NCBI RefSeq assembly: GCF_020745735.1
Contig: NW_026867788.1
Coordinates: 351,584 to 415,583, forward strand
Direction of reading: 5' to 3'
Origin: Hemiscyllium ocellatum
Lineage: Eukaryota
Length of the DNA: 64,000 bases
Numbering within the stretch: position 1 is the first letter of the stretch; the number at the start of each line of letters is the position of its first letter. The position numbers and the translations under genes are program-made. This document shows, piece by piece, positions 1 through 13,445 of this stretch. Below the pieces are notes generated by a model. That model saw only the letters and a list, made by a program, of their open reading frames with translations, did not search any database and was not told where the DNA came from.

Positions 1-548
1 CAATTGTGCATTTGTTAAATCTGGATATAATTGATCAAGTCCCTTCTAACCACATGTCAATTATAGAATAACTGTTCTTGAGTATGTTGAACTTGTTTAC
101 TGCACAGATTCTGTCAGACGGGTAGACACTGCATGCTGCCTAAGTCATTAACACATAATCTAGAGGCACAGAATAATAATCTGTTGATATCTCATGAAAG
201 AAATTGAGGTAATTGAAGTGAAGGTTTCATCATTTGTGAGAAAAGGCCCATCTGCTTGCTTCAAGTCCTTCAGAGAAGTCAATGCGTTATCCTTCTCCAG
301 TCATGTCTGGGCAAACCCACAGCAATGTGTTTTACTCTTGACTGTCCTGTGGAACCGCTGAACCAGTCACTCAGTTCAAGCTCAGCATAACATGCTGGCT
401 TGACCATGGCTGCACAAATCCCGTGAGAGAAGATCAAAAGTAAAGTTAGCTCCCTTCCTTTGCATGTTTTCCTTATTTGTACACTAATTTCCATTCAGTT
501 AGGTGACCATTCTGTATTTCAAGTACAATCTTTCTGACTGAGTCTCTC

Positions 549-2424
549 TGCTGCAAATGTGTTGCTGGTCAAAGCACAGCAGGTTAGGCAGCATCTCAGG
601 AATAGAGAATTCGACGTTTCGAGCATAAGCCCTTCATCAGGAATAAGAGAGAGAGAGCCAAGCAGGCTGAGATAAAAGGTAGGGAGGATGGAGGTGGGAT
701 AGGTGGAAGGAGGTCAAGGAAGAGCTTCTGTGCAGAGGAGATGACCTGCAGTGAGAGAGGGACTCACTGAAATCCTTGTAGAGGGAGGAAGAGAGCTTCT
801 TCAAGGAAGGCAACCTTCTATCTCAGCCTGCTTGGCTCTCTCTCTCTTATTCCTGATGAAGGGCTTATGCTCGAAACGTCGAATTCTCTATTCCTGAGAT
901 GCTGCCTAACCTGCTGTGCTTTGACCAGCAACACATTTGCAGCTGTGATCTCCAGCATCTGCAGACCTCATTTTTTACTCGAAGATTTTAACCTACTGCG
1001 AATCCTCTTACAAGGATGCCTTCCTTGAAGAAGCTCTCTTCCTCCCTCTACAAGGATTTCAGTGAGTCCCTCTCTCACTGCACCCCCCAGGTCATCTCCT
1101 CTGCACAGAAGCTCTTCCTTGACCTCCTTCCACCTATCCCACCTCCATCGCCCCTCCCCCTAGTCCCTCCTCCCTACCTTTTATCTCAGCCTGCTTGGCT
1201 CTCTCTCTCTTATTCCTGATGAAGGGCTTATGCTCGAAACGTCGAATTCTCTATTCCTGAGATGCTGCCTAACCTGCTGTGCTTTGACCAGCAACACATT
1301 TGCAGCTGTGATCTCCAGCATCTGCAGACCTCATTTTTTACTCGAAGATTTTAACCTACTGCGAATCCTCTTACAAGGATGCCTTCCTTGAAGAAGCTCT
1401 CTTCCTCCCTCTACAAGGATTTCAGTGAGTCCCTCTCACTGCACCCCCCAGGTCATCTCCTCTGCACAGAAGCTCTTCCTTGACCTCCTTCCACCTATCC
1501 CACCTCCATCGCCCCTCCCCCTAGTCCCTCCTCCCTACCTTTTATCTCAGCCTGCTTGGCTCTCTCTCTCTTATTCCTGATGAAGGGCTTATGCTCGAAA
1601 CGTCGAATTCTCTATTCCTGAGATGCTGCCTAACCTGCTGTGCTTTGACCAGCAACACATTTGCAGCTGTGATCTCCAGCATCTGCAGACCTCATTTTTT
1701 ACTCGAAGATTTTAACCTACTGCGAATCCTCTTACAAGGATGCCTTCCTTGAAGAAGCTCTCTCCTCCCTCTACAAGGATTTCAGTGAGTCCCTCTCTCA
1801 CTGCACCCCCCAGGTCATCTCCTCTGCACAGAAGCTCTTCCTTGACCTCCTTCCACCTATCCCACCTCCATCGCCCCTCCCCCTAGTCCCTCCTCCCTAC
1901 CTTTTATCTCAGCCTGCTTGGCTCTCTCTCTCTTATTCCTGATGAAGGGCTTATGCTCGAAACGTCGAATTCTCTATTCCTGAGATGCTGCCTAACCTGC
2001 TGTGCTTTGACCAGCAACACATTTGCAGCTGTGATCTCCAGCATCTGCAGACCTCATTTTTTACTCGAAGATTTTAACCTACTGCGAATCCTCTTACAAG
2101 GATGCCTTCCTTGAAGAAGCTCTCTTCCTCCCTCTACAAGGATTTCAGTGAGTCTCTCTCTCACTGCACCCCCAGGTCATCTCCTCTGCACAGAAGCTCT
2201 TCCTTGACCTCCTTCCACCTATCCCACCTCCATCGCCCCTCCCCCTAGTCCCTCCTCCCTACCTTTTATCTCAGCCTGCTTGGCTCTCTCTCTCTTATTC
2301 CTGATGAAGGCTTATGCTCGAAACGTCGAATTCTCTATTCCTGAGATGCTGCCTAACCTGCTGTGCTTTGACCAGCAACACATTTGCAGCTGTGATCTCC
2401 AGCATCTGCAGACCTCATTTTTTA
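549..2424 (+). mobile_element. Penelope-like pLTR-only insertion: one inverted partial pLTR (550-813) followed by about 4.5 tandem ~362-bp pLTR units
   Basis: Near-identical units with CTGATGA starting at 853, 1216, 1577, 1939 and 2301 (period 361-363). 550-813 is the reverse complement of part of the unit. Flanked by the 15-bp direct repeat CTGACTGAGTCTCTC at 534-548 and 2425-2439. The paralogous site near 24715 lacks the insertion. Inverted-plus-tandem pLTR layout is characteristic of Penelope elements. Confidence 0.85.
849..884 (+). ncRNA. Minimal type-I hammerhead ribozyme motif in pLTR unit (also at about 1212, 1573, 1935, 2297 and inverted at 609-644)
   Basis: ATTC-CTGATGA-A-GGGC-TTAT-GCTC-GAA-ACGT-C-GAAT: core boxes, 4-bp stem II, palindromic ACGT stem III, ATTC/GAAT stem I. 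One extra A between A9 and stem II. Copy 5 has lost one G in stem II. Confidence 0.7.
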
Positions 2425-4584
2425 CTGACTGAGTCTCTCCCCAAGAGTGATGTGCATCTCCATGGGCACCTCTGGTGCTGGCTTTACAGATGCTGACATG
2501 CAGATGTAAGGAACGTTTAAATTCCACAACAGTGGCAGTGCGTAGAGAAGGAATGGGTTTTAATGTTATAATAAAGATACGGAGACGAGTAAGTGAGGGA
2601 AGGGAATTATTGTGATCATCACTGAGAGTGCAGTTGAGGCAGTATTTGGGGTATTATGGACAGATTTTTCTCCTTTAAAAGGAATTATCTCATTACAATA
2701 GTGGCCGTGTAAAGGAATTTCACGAGACTAACCCTGGGCTGATGGTAAAAGAGGACTGAGTGAAGGTTAATCTGCAGGACTGTCAGAGTATAAGAGGTCA
2801 TTGCATTGAAACTTGATGTGATGGACAATCACTCGTTACGTTCTACACAGACACTAAAAAGGTGATAAAGTCCATGGCTTGTATTTTTATTTTTACTCGG
2901 GATGCATGATTCTGGATATTTAAGTGCCTCTCAGGATAAAATCTTCAGTCAAATCCTGTCTTGATATCAGGGTCAATCCCTCTTACCTAAGCAGGTCAGT
3001 TCAACACTTTTGTTAATGTTAATACGTGATTGAGTCTATGTGGAGAGTATTTTCTTCTCATAGAGGGTAGTGAATGTCTGGAATTCTCAGGTCTAGAAAG
3101 TTAGGGGAGTGAGATCACTCCAAGTATTTAAAGAGGAGGTAGATGGATTTTTGACCTGTTAGAGAGCTGAGGGGTGTGAAGAATTGTGCATTAAAGAAGA
3201 GTTAATGCCAACAGTATGTCAGTCATGATAGCATACAATGGTGTGAGCATCCCAATTACTACTCCTGTTTTTATGTTCTCATATTCTGTCTTTGGAAAGT
3301 TAATGGTTTTAATTTTCCTGGAAATGTTGTTATTGAATGTTGAGGACAGTGAGGGAAAAGAAATTTGAGTGCCATCTCTGGGAGAGGTATGGGCACGATA
3401 TTCACATGAATCTGGGTCTACAACATGACCAACATATGAAACACCACTTGCAGAGAGGAGAAACTCTTTAAAGAGTTGGGAGACCACTTTCATACACAGC
3501 TTGGATTTCCCATCACGTTTTCCAACCCACAGTCAACCACACAGTGAGGAGTGCCTGAATGGTATCCTGTAATACTGCGGACCAGGTATTTGGAGCAAAT
3601 GGTCTCCATCTGATCATATACAAGTGGTTTTAAGGACTGAATGGAACATAGGAACAGAGAACTGAGGAGCAGGAGTGGGTCATTAGACACTTTGTCATTG
3701 CTCGACAAGACAATAAGATCATGGCTGATCTGATTGTGGTCTGCGCAGCACTTTTCAGTCTGTCCACAATTTTCCTCCATTCACATGTCTGTCAAATGTT
3801 GCAAAACACAACTTTGAATAAATGCAAGCACCCAGGCACAATACTAGCAAACTGGACAAAGCCAAAGTACACAGGCAGCACAATTCTGGAAGGCAATAGG
3901 CATTTATCGATCAGTCATGTTCCCATCCAATTAATGCTGCTGCAGTTTATCATTTTAGATTTGTTCATGGAATATGGGTGTTATTGATAGGCCAACATTT
4001 ATGGACCATGTCTAATTACGCTGGAAGTGGTGGTGTTGAGCTGCCATCTTGAGCTGAAACCTCTGGGGAAGAGAATTCCCATTTGAACAGCCCGTGTGAA
4101 TTTCTCATTTTTGCTCCAACAAATGTTGGAGGGTCACTGTGTTCTTTTCCAGCACCACTTCTCCACTGGTTACAACCGGTTTGAAGTGTAACCTAGGTCA
4201 TTCTCTCGAAAAATGTGAGACACAGAGTCACACACGTACAGACACATACACAGTTGCACATGTTCTGCAGACGAAAAAGAATAGGAAAAGGTTTCCAGAG
4301 TTTCGTAGTAGTTGAACTCATTTCAAATGGAAAAGAAATAATGCGTCCCAAATGATACTCTGTCTCCGACGTTATTCTACTCAAACAAGCTGCTGGTATG
4401 CGACTTCTTCCTGGAACAGTTGGATTTGGCAGAATTTCCTTTCTTTCAATCAGTGGAGCGATTCCCATGAATCCTCAATAGGAATCCTCCAAGTTTGGTA
4501 AAGATGACTCAGGGATTTTTTACTCTCACATTTTGCTGTCAGAAGGGACAAAGTGAGAGAGAGGGCGCAATAGGCCGTGGCTTA

Positions 4585-6470
4585 CGACCATAAGATCATC
4601 GGATATAGAAACAGAAATTAGGCCAATCGACCCATCGAGTCTGATCCACTATTCAATTTTGGCTGACAAGTTTCTCAAAACCATTCTCCTGCATTCTCCC
4701 TGTAACCCTTGATCCCTTTGATATTCAAGAAGCTAACTACCTCTCTCTTAAATATACACAATGACCTGACATCCACTGCCTTCGTGAAAACGAATTCCAT
4801 AGATTCTACACTCTCTGGCTGAAGACGTTTCTCCTTACCTCTGTTCTTAAAGGATTTCCCTTTACTCTAAGGTTGTATCCTTGGGTCCTAGAGTCTCCTG
4901 CCATTGGACGTCTTCTCACCATCCGCACTGTCCAGGCCATTTAGTATTCTGTATGTTTCAATTGGATCCCCCACATCCCTCTGAACTCCATCAAGAACAG
5001 ACCCAGACCTCAAACGTTCTCATGTTAAGCTTTTCATTCCTGGGACCATTCCCATGTACCTCCTGTGAACCCTTCCAAGGTCAGCACATCCTTCCTGAGA
5101 TATGGGGCTCAGAACAGCGCACAATACTCCAAATATGGTCTGACAAGAGCCTTATAGTGCCTCAGAAGTACATCCCTGCTTTTATATTCAAATCCTTTCC
5201 AAATAAATTCCATCACTGCATTTGCCTTCGTAACTACTGACTCAACCTGCAAGTTTGAGAGAATCCTGGAGTAGAACTCCCAAGTCCCTTTGCACTTCAG
5301 ACATCTGGAGTCCATGTTTTTATTCTTCCTAACAAAGTGCATGTTCCCACAATTTCCCACTTTGTATACCATCTGCCATTTCTTTGCTCATTATCCTAAC
5401 CTATCCAAATCCTTTGTGAGCCTCCCTGCCTCTTCGACGTTACCTGTGCCTGTACCTATTTTTGTTTTATCTTCAAACGTAGATAGAATGCCTTCAGATC
5501 CTTCATCTGGATCGTTAATGTATAAAGTGAAAAGTTGTGGTCCCAACATTGAGCCTTATGGAACACCACTTGTCACTAACTGTCATCCTGAGAGGATCAC
5601 GTTTATCAACATTCTTTGTTTCCTGCCAGACAGCCAAACTTCTATCCATGCTAGCACCTTGCCTCGAACACCATGGGCCCTTGCCTTACTCAGTAGCCTC
5701 CTGTCGGCACATTGTCAAAGATCTTTTGGAAATTCTGGTGGATGACATCCATTGGCTCTCCTTGTTCTAAGCTGATCATTACGTCCTCAAGATTTTCTAG
5801 TAGATTTTCAAGGCATGACCTCCCCTTGATGAAACCATGGTAACTTTGTCCTACTTTCCCATCCACATCCAAGTATTCAGAAATCTCATCCTTCACAATG
5901 GATTCCAGGATCTTACCCACAGCCAAGTTTAGATTAGTCAGTCTGTAATTTTCCGTTTTTTGCTTTACTTTTTTAAACAGGGGTATCACGTTAGCGATTT
6001 TCCAGTCCTCTGGGAATCTCCCTGATTCAAAAGATTCCTGAAAGATCATCACCAACGCCTCCACTGCCTCATCAGCTATCTGCCTTAGAAATCTGGAGTG
6101 GAGTCCATCTGGTCCAGTTGATTTACTTACCTTCAGGCCATTCAGTTTTCCCAGCACCTTTTTCTAGTTGATGCCCACCTTACTCAGGTCTGTCTACTAA
6201 GTCTTTTCAATCTTTGGGATATTACTTGTGTTTTCAACCGAGAAGACTGACACAAAGTAATTTTTCAGCTCCTTAGCCATTTCCTTGTTCCACATTACTA
6301 TCTCTCCTGTGTCAATTTCTAGCGATCAGATGCCCATTTTTGCCCCTCGTTTGCCTTTTATGTATCGAAAGAAGCTTTACACTCTTTCTTTACATGACTG
6401 ATTTGCTTATCCTCATATTTAACTTTCTCACTCCTTATTTCTCTTTTTTGTTCTCTGTTGGTCTTTGTAA
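4585..6470 (-). mobile_element. CR1/L2-type LINE, 5'-truncated, degenerate reverse transcriptase and 3' end
   Basis: ORF 5690-6157 (KSTGPDGLH...WKIANVIPLFKK...NYRL...FIKGRSCLENLL) and 5109-5372 (YKALVRPYLEYC) are LINE RT motifs. Absent from paralog B. Confidence 0.9.
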
Positions 6471-7020
6471 GTGTTGTGACATGGGGGTGAACGCTTCTGT
6501 TAATTAAACCAAACACCCAGGAGAGCTCACCTCACCTCGTAATCTATTAGAATATGAGTGACAGAGAACTCCCAAATTCCACTATTTAAAGAAAATAACG
6601 CCAATTTATTTTTAACTGTAAAAGTGAACATTACACCACAACTATTTACAACTTTCACCAACCCACTCCCACAATTGCCCCCAAATGTCTAACAATATGC
6701 TGTTTCAATAAGACACTTATGAAGATTACATCAACTTAATTTCAAAACAACACAGCCATGCCGTCCTCTGTGATGTTACTCTTCTGGCTGCTGAATTCCT
6801 GGGTCGTCGTATTTCTGTTTACTGTGAATATGATATGATTAGTGAGTATTTCCTAATTTCTTGCGGAGCAAGATGGTTGATCCCCAGACTTCTTCCGTCT
6901 CGATGGCATTTGCTCCCACCCTAATTTTCAAAATTTTCGCATTTTTATGTCCCCAGCATAAAATTGTCTCACTGGGTCAATGTTGGCAAAACAATAAATT
7001 CAATCTCGATTTGCTTTCAG
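6471..7020 (-). mobile_element. Possible solo LTR fragment
   Basis: Absent from paralog B. On the minus strand it ends ...GTCACAACA (CA terminus). No coding motif; assignment by general appearance only. Confidence 0.3.
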
Positions 7021-7869
7021 TGAAGGAAAGAGAGTGTTGCATGCAACAGTGAGAGTGGTGGAGCAAGAGCCTTGTTCGGGGTAGGTGCTGTAACAGATAT
7101 ACAGAGAGTGTGAGGGAGTAGAGAGAATAGGGAGACATTTGTCCTGGCCTAGCAGGGAAGGTTATTGTTGCTTTTCCTGTATCGATGGGCATTTCTTCAG
7201 ATTATCTCAGCATCGAGGTGAGCCTACCCAATGTCTTGTCCACGTCTATCACTGATAATACCACAGAGCACATCCCACAGCTTCTTTAGAATCAGTTTGT
7301 ATGGATCTTGCAAACAACAAGGAGGAACACACATTGGTGCCTTACATGTCTAAACCAAAACTGTTGTGCAACTTTGTACATCTGATTCTCTGGAAATAGA
7401 TATGCAAATATCGTGGGTGCTGCAGTAATACTGGATGATCTAAAATTGCATCTAAACTGCGTTAACTAAATGATTGCTAATGCTGTGAAAAATCAATTTC
7501 ATGTGTATATGAAGTAGGTTGAAGAGTATGTTGTGAACCAAAGCAGAGAGGAGGTTATGTTGGGCGTGTTGTTGTGTGGTCAGAAGGATTAATTACTTAC
7601 CGTGCTCTGAGGCAGCTATTGGGCAATCGTGACATTAATATGTTGCATTTTACATGGCGCCTGCAAGCAATATAGAATTTTTGAACATTACACTCAAATA
7701 TCATGGAAACCCGAAGACTAGAGGATCAAGTGAATTGGAAAAATACAATATGACATTTAGTGTGAGACAAACATTGGCTGTTAGTGATAGAAATACTATA
7801 AAGTCTGAAAAAATACCTACATATCACTAAGTTACAAACACCAACGAAAGGGAAGGTAACTCATTAATG

Positions 7870-8660
7870 GGTTACGTAAGAAATTAATGATTACATTAAA
7901 TCTAAGGAAGCAGCTTCAGAAGAATTCCAGATATTGTGCAAACCTGAACATACAGAGAGATTTATTTTTCTGAAAATAAGGACGAAGCAAGTGTTAAGGA
8001 AATCAAAAAGAACATGAAAACAAACAAACAGGAAGCACAAAGACTGCTTAAATCTACGATCCATATACCAAAGAAAACAAAAGTAAGGCCAAATGTGGAA
8101 ATTTGTAAGGTATAGTGGAATTTATTGTGGGGAACAAGGAAATGGCAGAGAAACTAAACAGCTAGTTTGAATTTGTCTTCATGGAGAAAGCGCCAGGAAA
8201 TCTCCGTGTAAAGCAAGTGGTCACAAGGGACTTGTGAAACTAAAGACATAAAGTCCATTCATATCAGCAACAAGGTAGTACTTGAAAATTGAGCTATATT
8301 GATCATTGCTATGTCTGATAGGCCAGATGTACTTCATATCAAAACGTCAGAAATAAAACAGCATATTAATTGAACTGTCAGTGACTTTGTTTTATTTTCC
8401 TGCAGATCCTGCAAAGGCCATAGCCATTGTAGATAACTGAAAGGTAGTAAACATGATCCATCTATGTACACAGGGAAGAAGAGATCATGTGGAGGACTGC
8501 AGATCAATTAATTTGACATATGTATGGAAAGAGTTGGAATCCTTTATCTAAGATGTGACATTGGGTACTTAGAAATGAACAGCAACATTGCAGAGAATCG
8601 CAATGCATTCCTGACAGAGAAATCATGCCTGACAAACTTCGGAATTATTTGAAGTTGTTT
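7870..8660 (+). mobile_element. Old CR1-type LINE fragment (continues at 13500-14790), predating the duplication
   Basis: Degenerate RT-region sequence, also present in paralog B (32960-35075) without the intervening younger LINE. Confidence 0.7.
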
Positions 8661-8879
8661 CTTGCAGCATAGATACAGACAACTAGTGGGAGTAGTGTGT
8701 TTGGATTTTCAGAAGTCTGGGTGGGAAAAATTTCTGGCTGTAACAGCTGCTCCTTTTTTTGAGGTATTTTAGGTGTTGGAGATGATTTCCTTGAATTCCG
8801 GAAGGAGCAATTACTGTTTTGTATGCTCTTGCATTGTTTTGGAACTTTGGGGAAAAAAGTCAAAGAAACAGCAGTTTTA

Positions 8880-11800
8880 AGAGGGAAAAGAATGAACAAA
8901 GGAAGCACATGGTGAGGGGAAAAAACTGACAGGATAGCGTACCTGCACAGTTACTGACTTTGCTGTTTGAATTCATGTATCGCTGGATATCGGAGTGCCT
9001 CTAGGAAAATTAACAGTGAAATTTACAATTGGTTTGGAGGAACTGTTTGAGCAAAGTTCCCAGCCAAATAGTGGATTGTTTTAACTGTGTCCTACTGAAA
9101 GTCTGCAGAAGTAAGTAGAGTGGGTTATTCCTTAATTATATGTTTTTGAGATATGTCTCTTGATTAATCTTAAAATATAAGCCATAAATATTAATATAAC
9201 CTTGGGCAGCATGTTGTAGAGGAATAAGACAGTTTTCCTTTTCTGGGTCTGTAGATTGTGAAGGAGCACAAATGGCCTTAGTAGAATCAGATGCGCTTCT
9301 TTTCAGATGTGAGAGTTTAAAGAGGATTTAAGGGTTACTGCGGATTATATCTGCAATAAATGCTTCTGGTTGTGAATCCTATCAGATCGAATGGATTGGT
9401 TGGAGAGACAGTTTAAGACAATGAAGAATTGGTAACAGCAACAGTATGTGATGGATGGCAGTTATAGGAAGGGGGGATGTCTCAGATACAGTTACATGGA
9501 TGGGTTAACTCCAAGAAAGGCAAGAGAGTTAAGTAGCTAGTGCAGGAGTCTTCTGGAGCTGTCCCCATTTCAAACAAATATGTTGTTTTGGAAAATGTAG
9601 CAGGTGATGGATTCACACGGGAACATAGCACGAACAGGCAAGTTTCTAGTACGGAGACTGGCTCTAATGCAACAAGGGATACGTCGTATTCCACGAGGTC
9701 AATTGTGTTAGGGTTGTGTGAGGTACAGACAGACTGTTCTGTGGACAGCAGAGAAATAAGCAGAATGGCGTGTTGCTTCCCTGGTGCCAGGATCAAGGAT
9801 GTCTCAGAAAGGATGCAGAATATTCTCACGCGGGAGAGAGGCCAGCAAGAGGTCATTGTCCACATTGGAACCAACGACATAGGAAGGGAAAAGTTTGAGA
9901 TTATGGACGGATATTGCAGAGTGATAGGCAGAAATTTAAAAAGGAGGTAATCGAGAGTAGTAATACCTGGATTACTCCCAGCGCTACAAGCTAGTGAGGG
10001 CAGAAATAGAGGGATAGAGCAGATGAATGCATGGCTGTGGAGCTGGTGTATGTGAGAAGTATTCACATTTTTGGATCACTGGAATCTATTTTGGGTTAGA
10101 AGGAACCTGTACCAGAAGGACGGATTGCACCTAAATTGGAAGGGGACGAATATACTGGCATGGAGATTTGCCAGAGCTGCTCAGGAGGATTTAAACTAGT
10201 AAAGGGGAGGGGGAGCTGGGGGCAGGGAGATAGTGAGGAAATAGATCAATCTGAGATTGGTACAATTGAGAACAGAAACGAGTCAAACAGAGAGGCGGGC
10301 AGGGACAAGGTAGGACTAATAAAGTAAACTGCAGTTATTTCAATGCAAAAGGGCTGAACAGGGAAGGCAGAAGAACTCAGGGCATGGTTAGGAACATGGG
10401 ACTGGGATATCATAGCAGTTACAGAAACATGGCTCAGGGATGGGCAGGACTGGCAGCTAAATGTTCCAGGATGCAAATGCTACAGGAAAGATAGAAAGGG
10501 AAGCAGGACAGGAGGGGGAGTGGAGTTTTTGATTAGGGATACCATTACAGCTGTACTGAGGGAGGATATTCCTGGAAATACATCCAGGGAAATTATTTTG
10601 GGTAGAACTGAAAAATAAGAACGGAATTATCACCTTATTGGGATTGTATTGTAGACTCCCTAATAGTCAGAGAGAAATTGAGAAACAAACTTGTAAGGAG
10701 ATCTCAGCTATCTTTAAGAAAGTAGGGTGATTATGGCAGTAGATTTTAACTTTCCAAACATAGACTGGGACTTCCATAGAGTTAAGAGTCTAGATGGAGA
10801 GGAATTTATTAAGTGCGTACAAGAAAATTTTCTGATTCAGTATGTGGATGAACCTACTAGAGAAGGTGCAAATAAGGCAGGGCAAGTGACTGAGGTGTCA
10901 GTGGAGGTGCACTTTGGGGCCAGCTACCATAATCCTATTTGATTGAAAATAATTATGGAAAAGGATAGACCAGATCTTAAAGTTGAAGTTCTAAATTGGA
11001 GAAAGGTCAATTTTGACAGTATTTGGCAAGAACTTTCAAAATAAGATAGGGGACAGATGTCCACAGGTAAACGGACGGCTGGAAAATGGGAAGCCTTCAG
11101 AAATGAGATAACAAGAATCCAGAGAAAGTATATTCCTGTTAGGATGAAAAGAAAGCCTGGCAGTGTAGGGATTGCTGTCTAACTAAAGGGTTTGATTAAT
11201 AAAAAGAAGGAAGCACATGACAGGCATAGACAGGATAGATCGAGCAAATCCTTAGAAGAGTATAAAGGCAGTAGGAGTATACTAAGAGGGAAATCAGGAG
11301 GGCAAAAAGAGGACATGAGATAGCTTTAGCAAGTAGAATTAAGGAGACTCCAAAGAGTTTTTACAAATACATTAAGGACAAAATCATAACTAGGGAGAGA
11401 ATAGAGCCCCTCAAAGATCAGCAAGGTAGCCCTTGTGTGGAGCTGCAGGAAATGGGGGAGATACTAAACGAGTATTTTGCATCAGTATTTACTGTGGAAA
11501 TAAATATGGAAGATATAGAATGTCTGGAAATAGATGATTGCATGCTAAAAATTGTCCATATTGCAGAAGAGCAAGTGCTCGATGTCTTGAAACGTGTAAA
11601 GGTGGATAAATCCCCAGGACCCGAACAGGTGTACTATAGAACTCTGTGGGAAGTTAGAGAAGTGATTGCTGGGCTTCTTGCTGAGACATTTGTACCGATG
11701 ATAGTCACAGGAGAGGTGCCAGAAGACTGGAGTTTGGCAAACGTGGTGCCACTGTTTAAGAAGGGTGGTACGGACAAGCGATGGAACTATAGGCCAGTGA

Positions 11801-13445
11801 GCCTGACGTTGATGGTGAGCAAGTTGTTGAAGGGAATCCTGAAGGACAGGATGTACATGCATTTGGAAAGACAAGGACTGATTAGGGATAGTCAACATGG
11901 CTTTGTGCATGGGAAATCATATCTCACAATCTTGATTGAGTTTTTTGAAGAAGTAACGAAGAGGGCAGAGTGGTACATGCGATCTATATGGACTTCAGTC
12001 ACGCGTTCGACAAGATTCTCCAAGGGAGACTGGTTAGCAAGTTTAGATCTCACGTAATACAGGGACAACTAGCCACTTGGATATAAAACTGACTCAAAGG
12101 TTGAAGACAGAGGGTGGAGATGGAGGGTTGTTTTTCAGACTGGAGGCCTGTGACCAGTGGAGTACCACAAGGATCGGTGCTGGGTCCTCTATTTTTTATC
12201 ATTTACATAAATGATTTGGATGCGAGCATTAGAGGTATTGTTAGTAAGTTTGCAGATGGCAACAAAATTGGAGGTGTAGTGGACAGCGAAGAGGGTTACC
12301 TCAGATTACAACACGATCTTGACCAGATGGGCCGATGGGCTGAGAAGTGGCAGATGGAGTTTAATTCAAAAAAATGTGAGGTGCTGCATTTTGGGAAAGC
12401 AAATTTTAGCAGGACTTATACACTTAATGGCAAGATCGTGGGGAGTGTTGCTGAACAAAGAGACCTTGGAGTGCAGGTTCATGGCTCCTTGAAAGTGGAG
12501 TCGCAGGTAGATAGGATAGTTAAGGTGGTGTTTGGTATGCTTTCCTTTATTGGTTAGAGAATTGAGTATTGGAGTTGGGAGGTCATGTTGCGGCTGTACG
12601 GGACACTGGTTAGGCCACTGTTGGAATACTGCGTGGAATTCTGGTCTCCTTCCTATCGAAAATATGTTGTGAAAATTGAAAGGGTTGAGGAAAGATTTAC
12701 AAGGATGCTGCCAGGTTTGGAGGATTTGAGTATAAGGAGAGGCTGTACAGTCTGGGGCTGTTTTCCCTTGTGCGTTGGAGGCTGAGGGGTGACCTTCTAG
12801 AGGTGTACAAAATTGTGAAGGGCATGGAGAGGATAAATGGATAAAGTATTTTCCCTGGCATCGGGGAGTCCAGAACTAAAGGGCATAGGTTTTGGGTGAG
12901 CGGAGAAAGATGTTGGGTGGCACAGTGGTTAGCAATGCTGCCTTCCAACGCCAGAAACTCGGGTTTAATTCCCGCCTTAGGCTGTGTGGACTCTCTGTGT
13001 GGAGTTTGCACCTTCTCCCTATGTCTGCGTGGGTTTCCTCCCATAATCCAAAAATGTGCAGGCTAGGTGAATTGGCTATGCTAAATTGCCCGTAGTGTTA
13101 GGTTAAGGGGTAAATGTAGGGGATGGGTCTGGGTGGGTTGCGCTTTGGCGGGTCAGTATGGACTTGTTTCCACACTTTAAAAAATCTAAACGTAAAAAGA
13201 GACCTAAGGGGCAACTTTTTTACATTGACGGTGGTACGTGTATGGAATGAGCTGCCAGAGGATGTGATGGAGGCTGGTACAATTGCAGCATTTAAAAGGC
13301 ATTTGGATGGTTATATGAATAGGAAGGGTTTGGAGGGATATGGGCCAGTTGTGGGCAGGTGGGACTAGATTGGGTTGGGATATCTGCTAGACATGGACGG
13401 ATTGGACTGAAGGGTCTGTTTCCATGCTGTACATCTCTATGCCTC
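8880..13445 (+). mobile_element. Near full-length CR1 LINE (ORF1 esterase-type domain; ORF2 endonuclease and RT), inactivated
   Basis: ORF1 9540-9950 (CCFPGARIKDV...VIVHIGTNDIG). Endonuclease about 10330-10950 (ETW, DFNFPNIDW). RT 11437-12790 (NVVPLFKKG, NYRPVSL, GVPQGSVLGP, KFADG). Several stops and frameshifts; 3' tail to about 13445. Confidence 0.92.
12915..13190 (+). mobile_element. tRNA-derived SINE (HE1-like) nested in the 3' end of the CR1 LINE
   Basis: GGTGGCACAGTGGTTAGC A-box-like head and GGGTTTAATTCC B-box-like motif; body matches the copies at 39690, 45748 and 46272. LINE sequence resumes at 13192. Confidence 0.85.

Noticed and set aside
814-2424. CRISPR-like regular array
   Set aside because: Units are 362-bp near-identical repeats with no unique spacers and no cas genes; the DNA is vertebrate.
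9540-12790. LINE ORFs as an active retrotransposon
   Set aside because: ORF2 is broken into several frames by stops and frameshifts and carries a nested SINE.
12915-12990. tRNA genes at SINE heads
   Set aside because: Only A/B-box-like remnants fused to SINE bodies; no complete cloverleaf.
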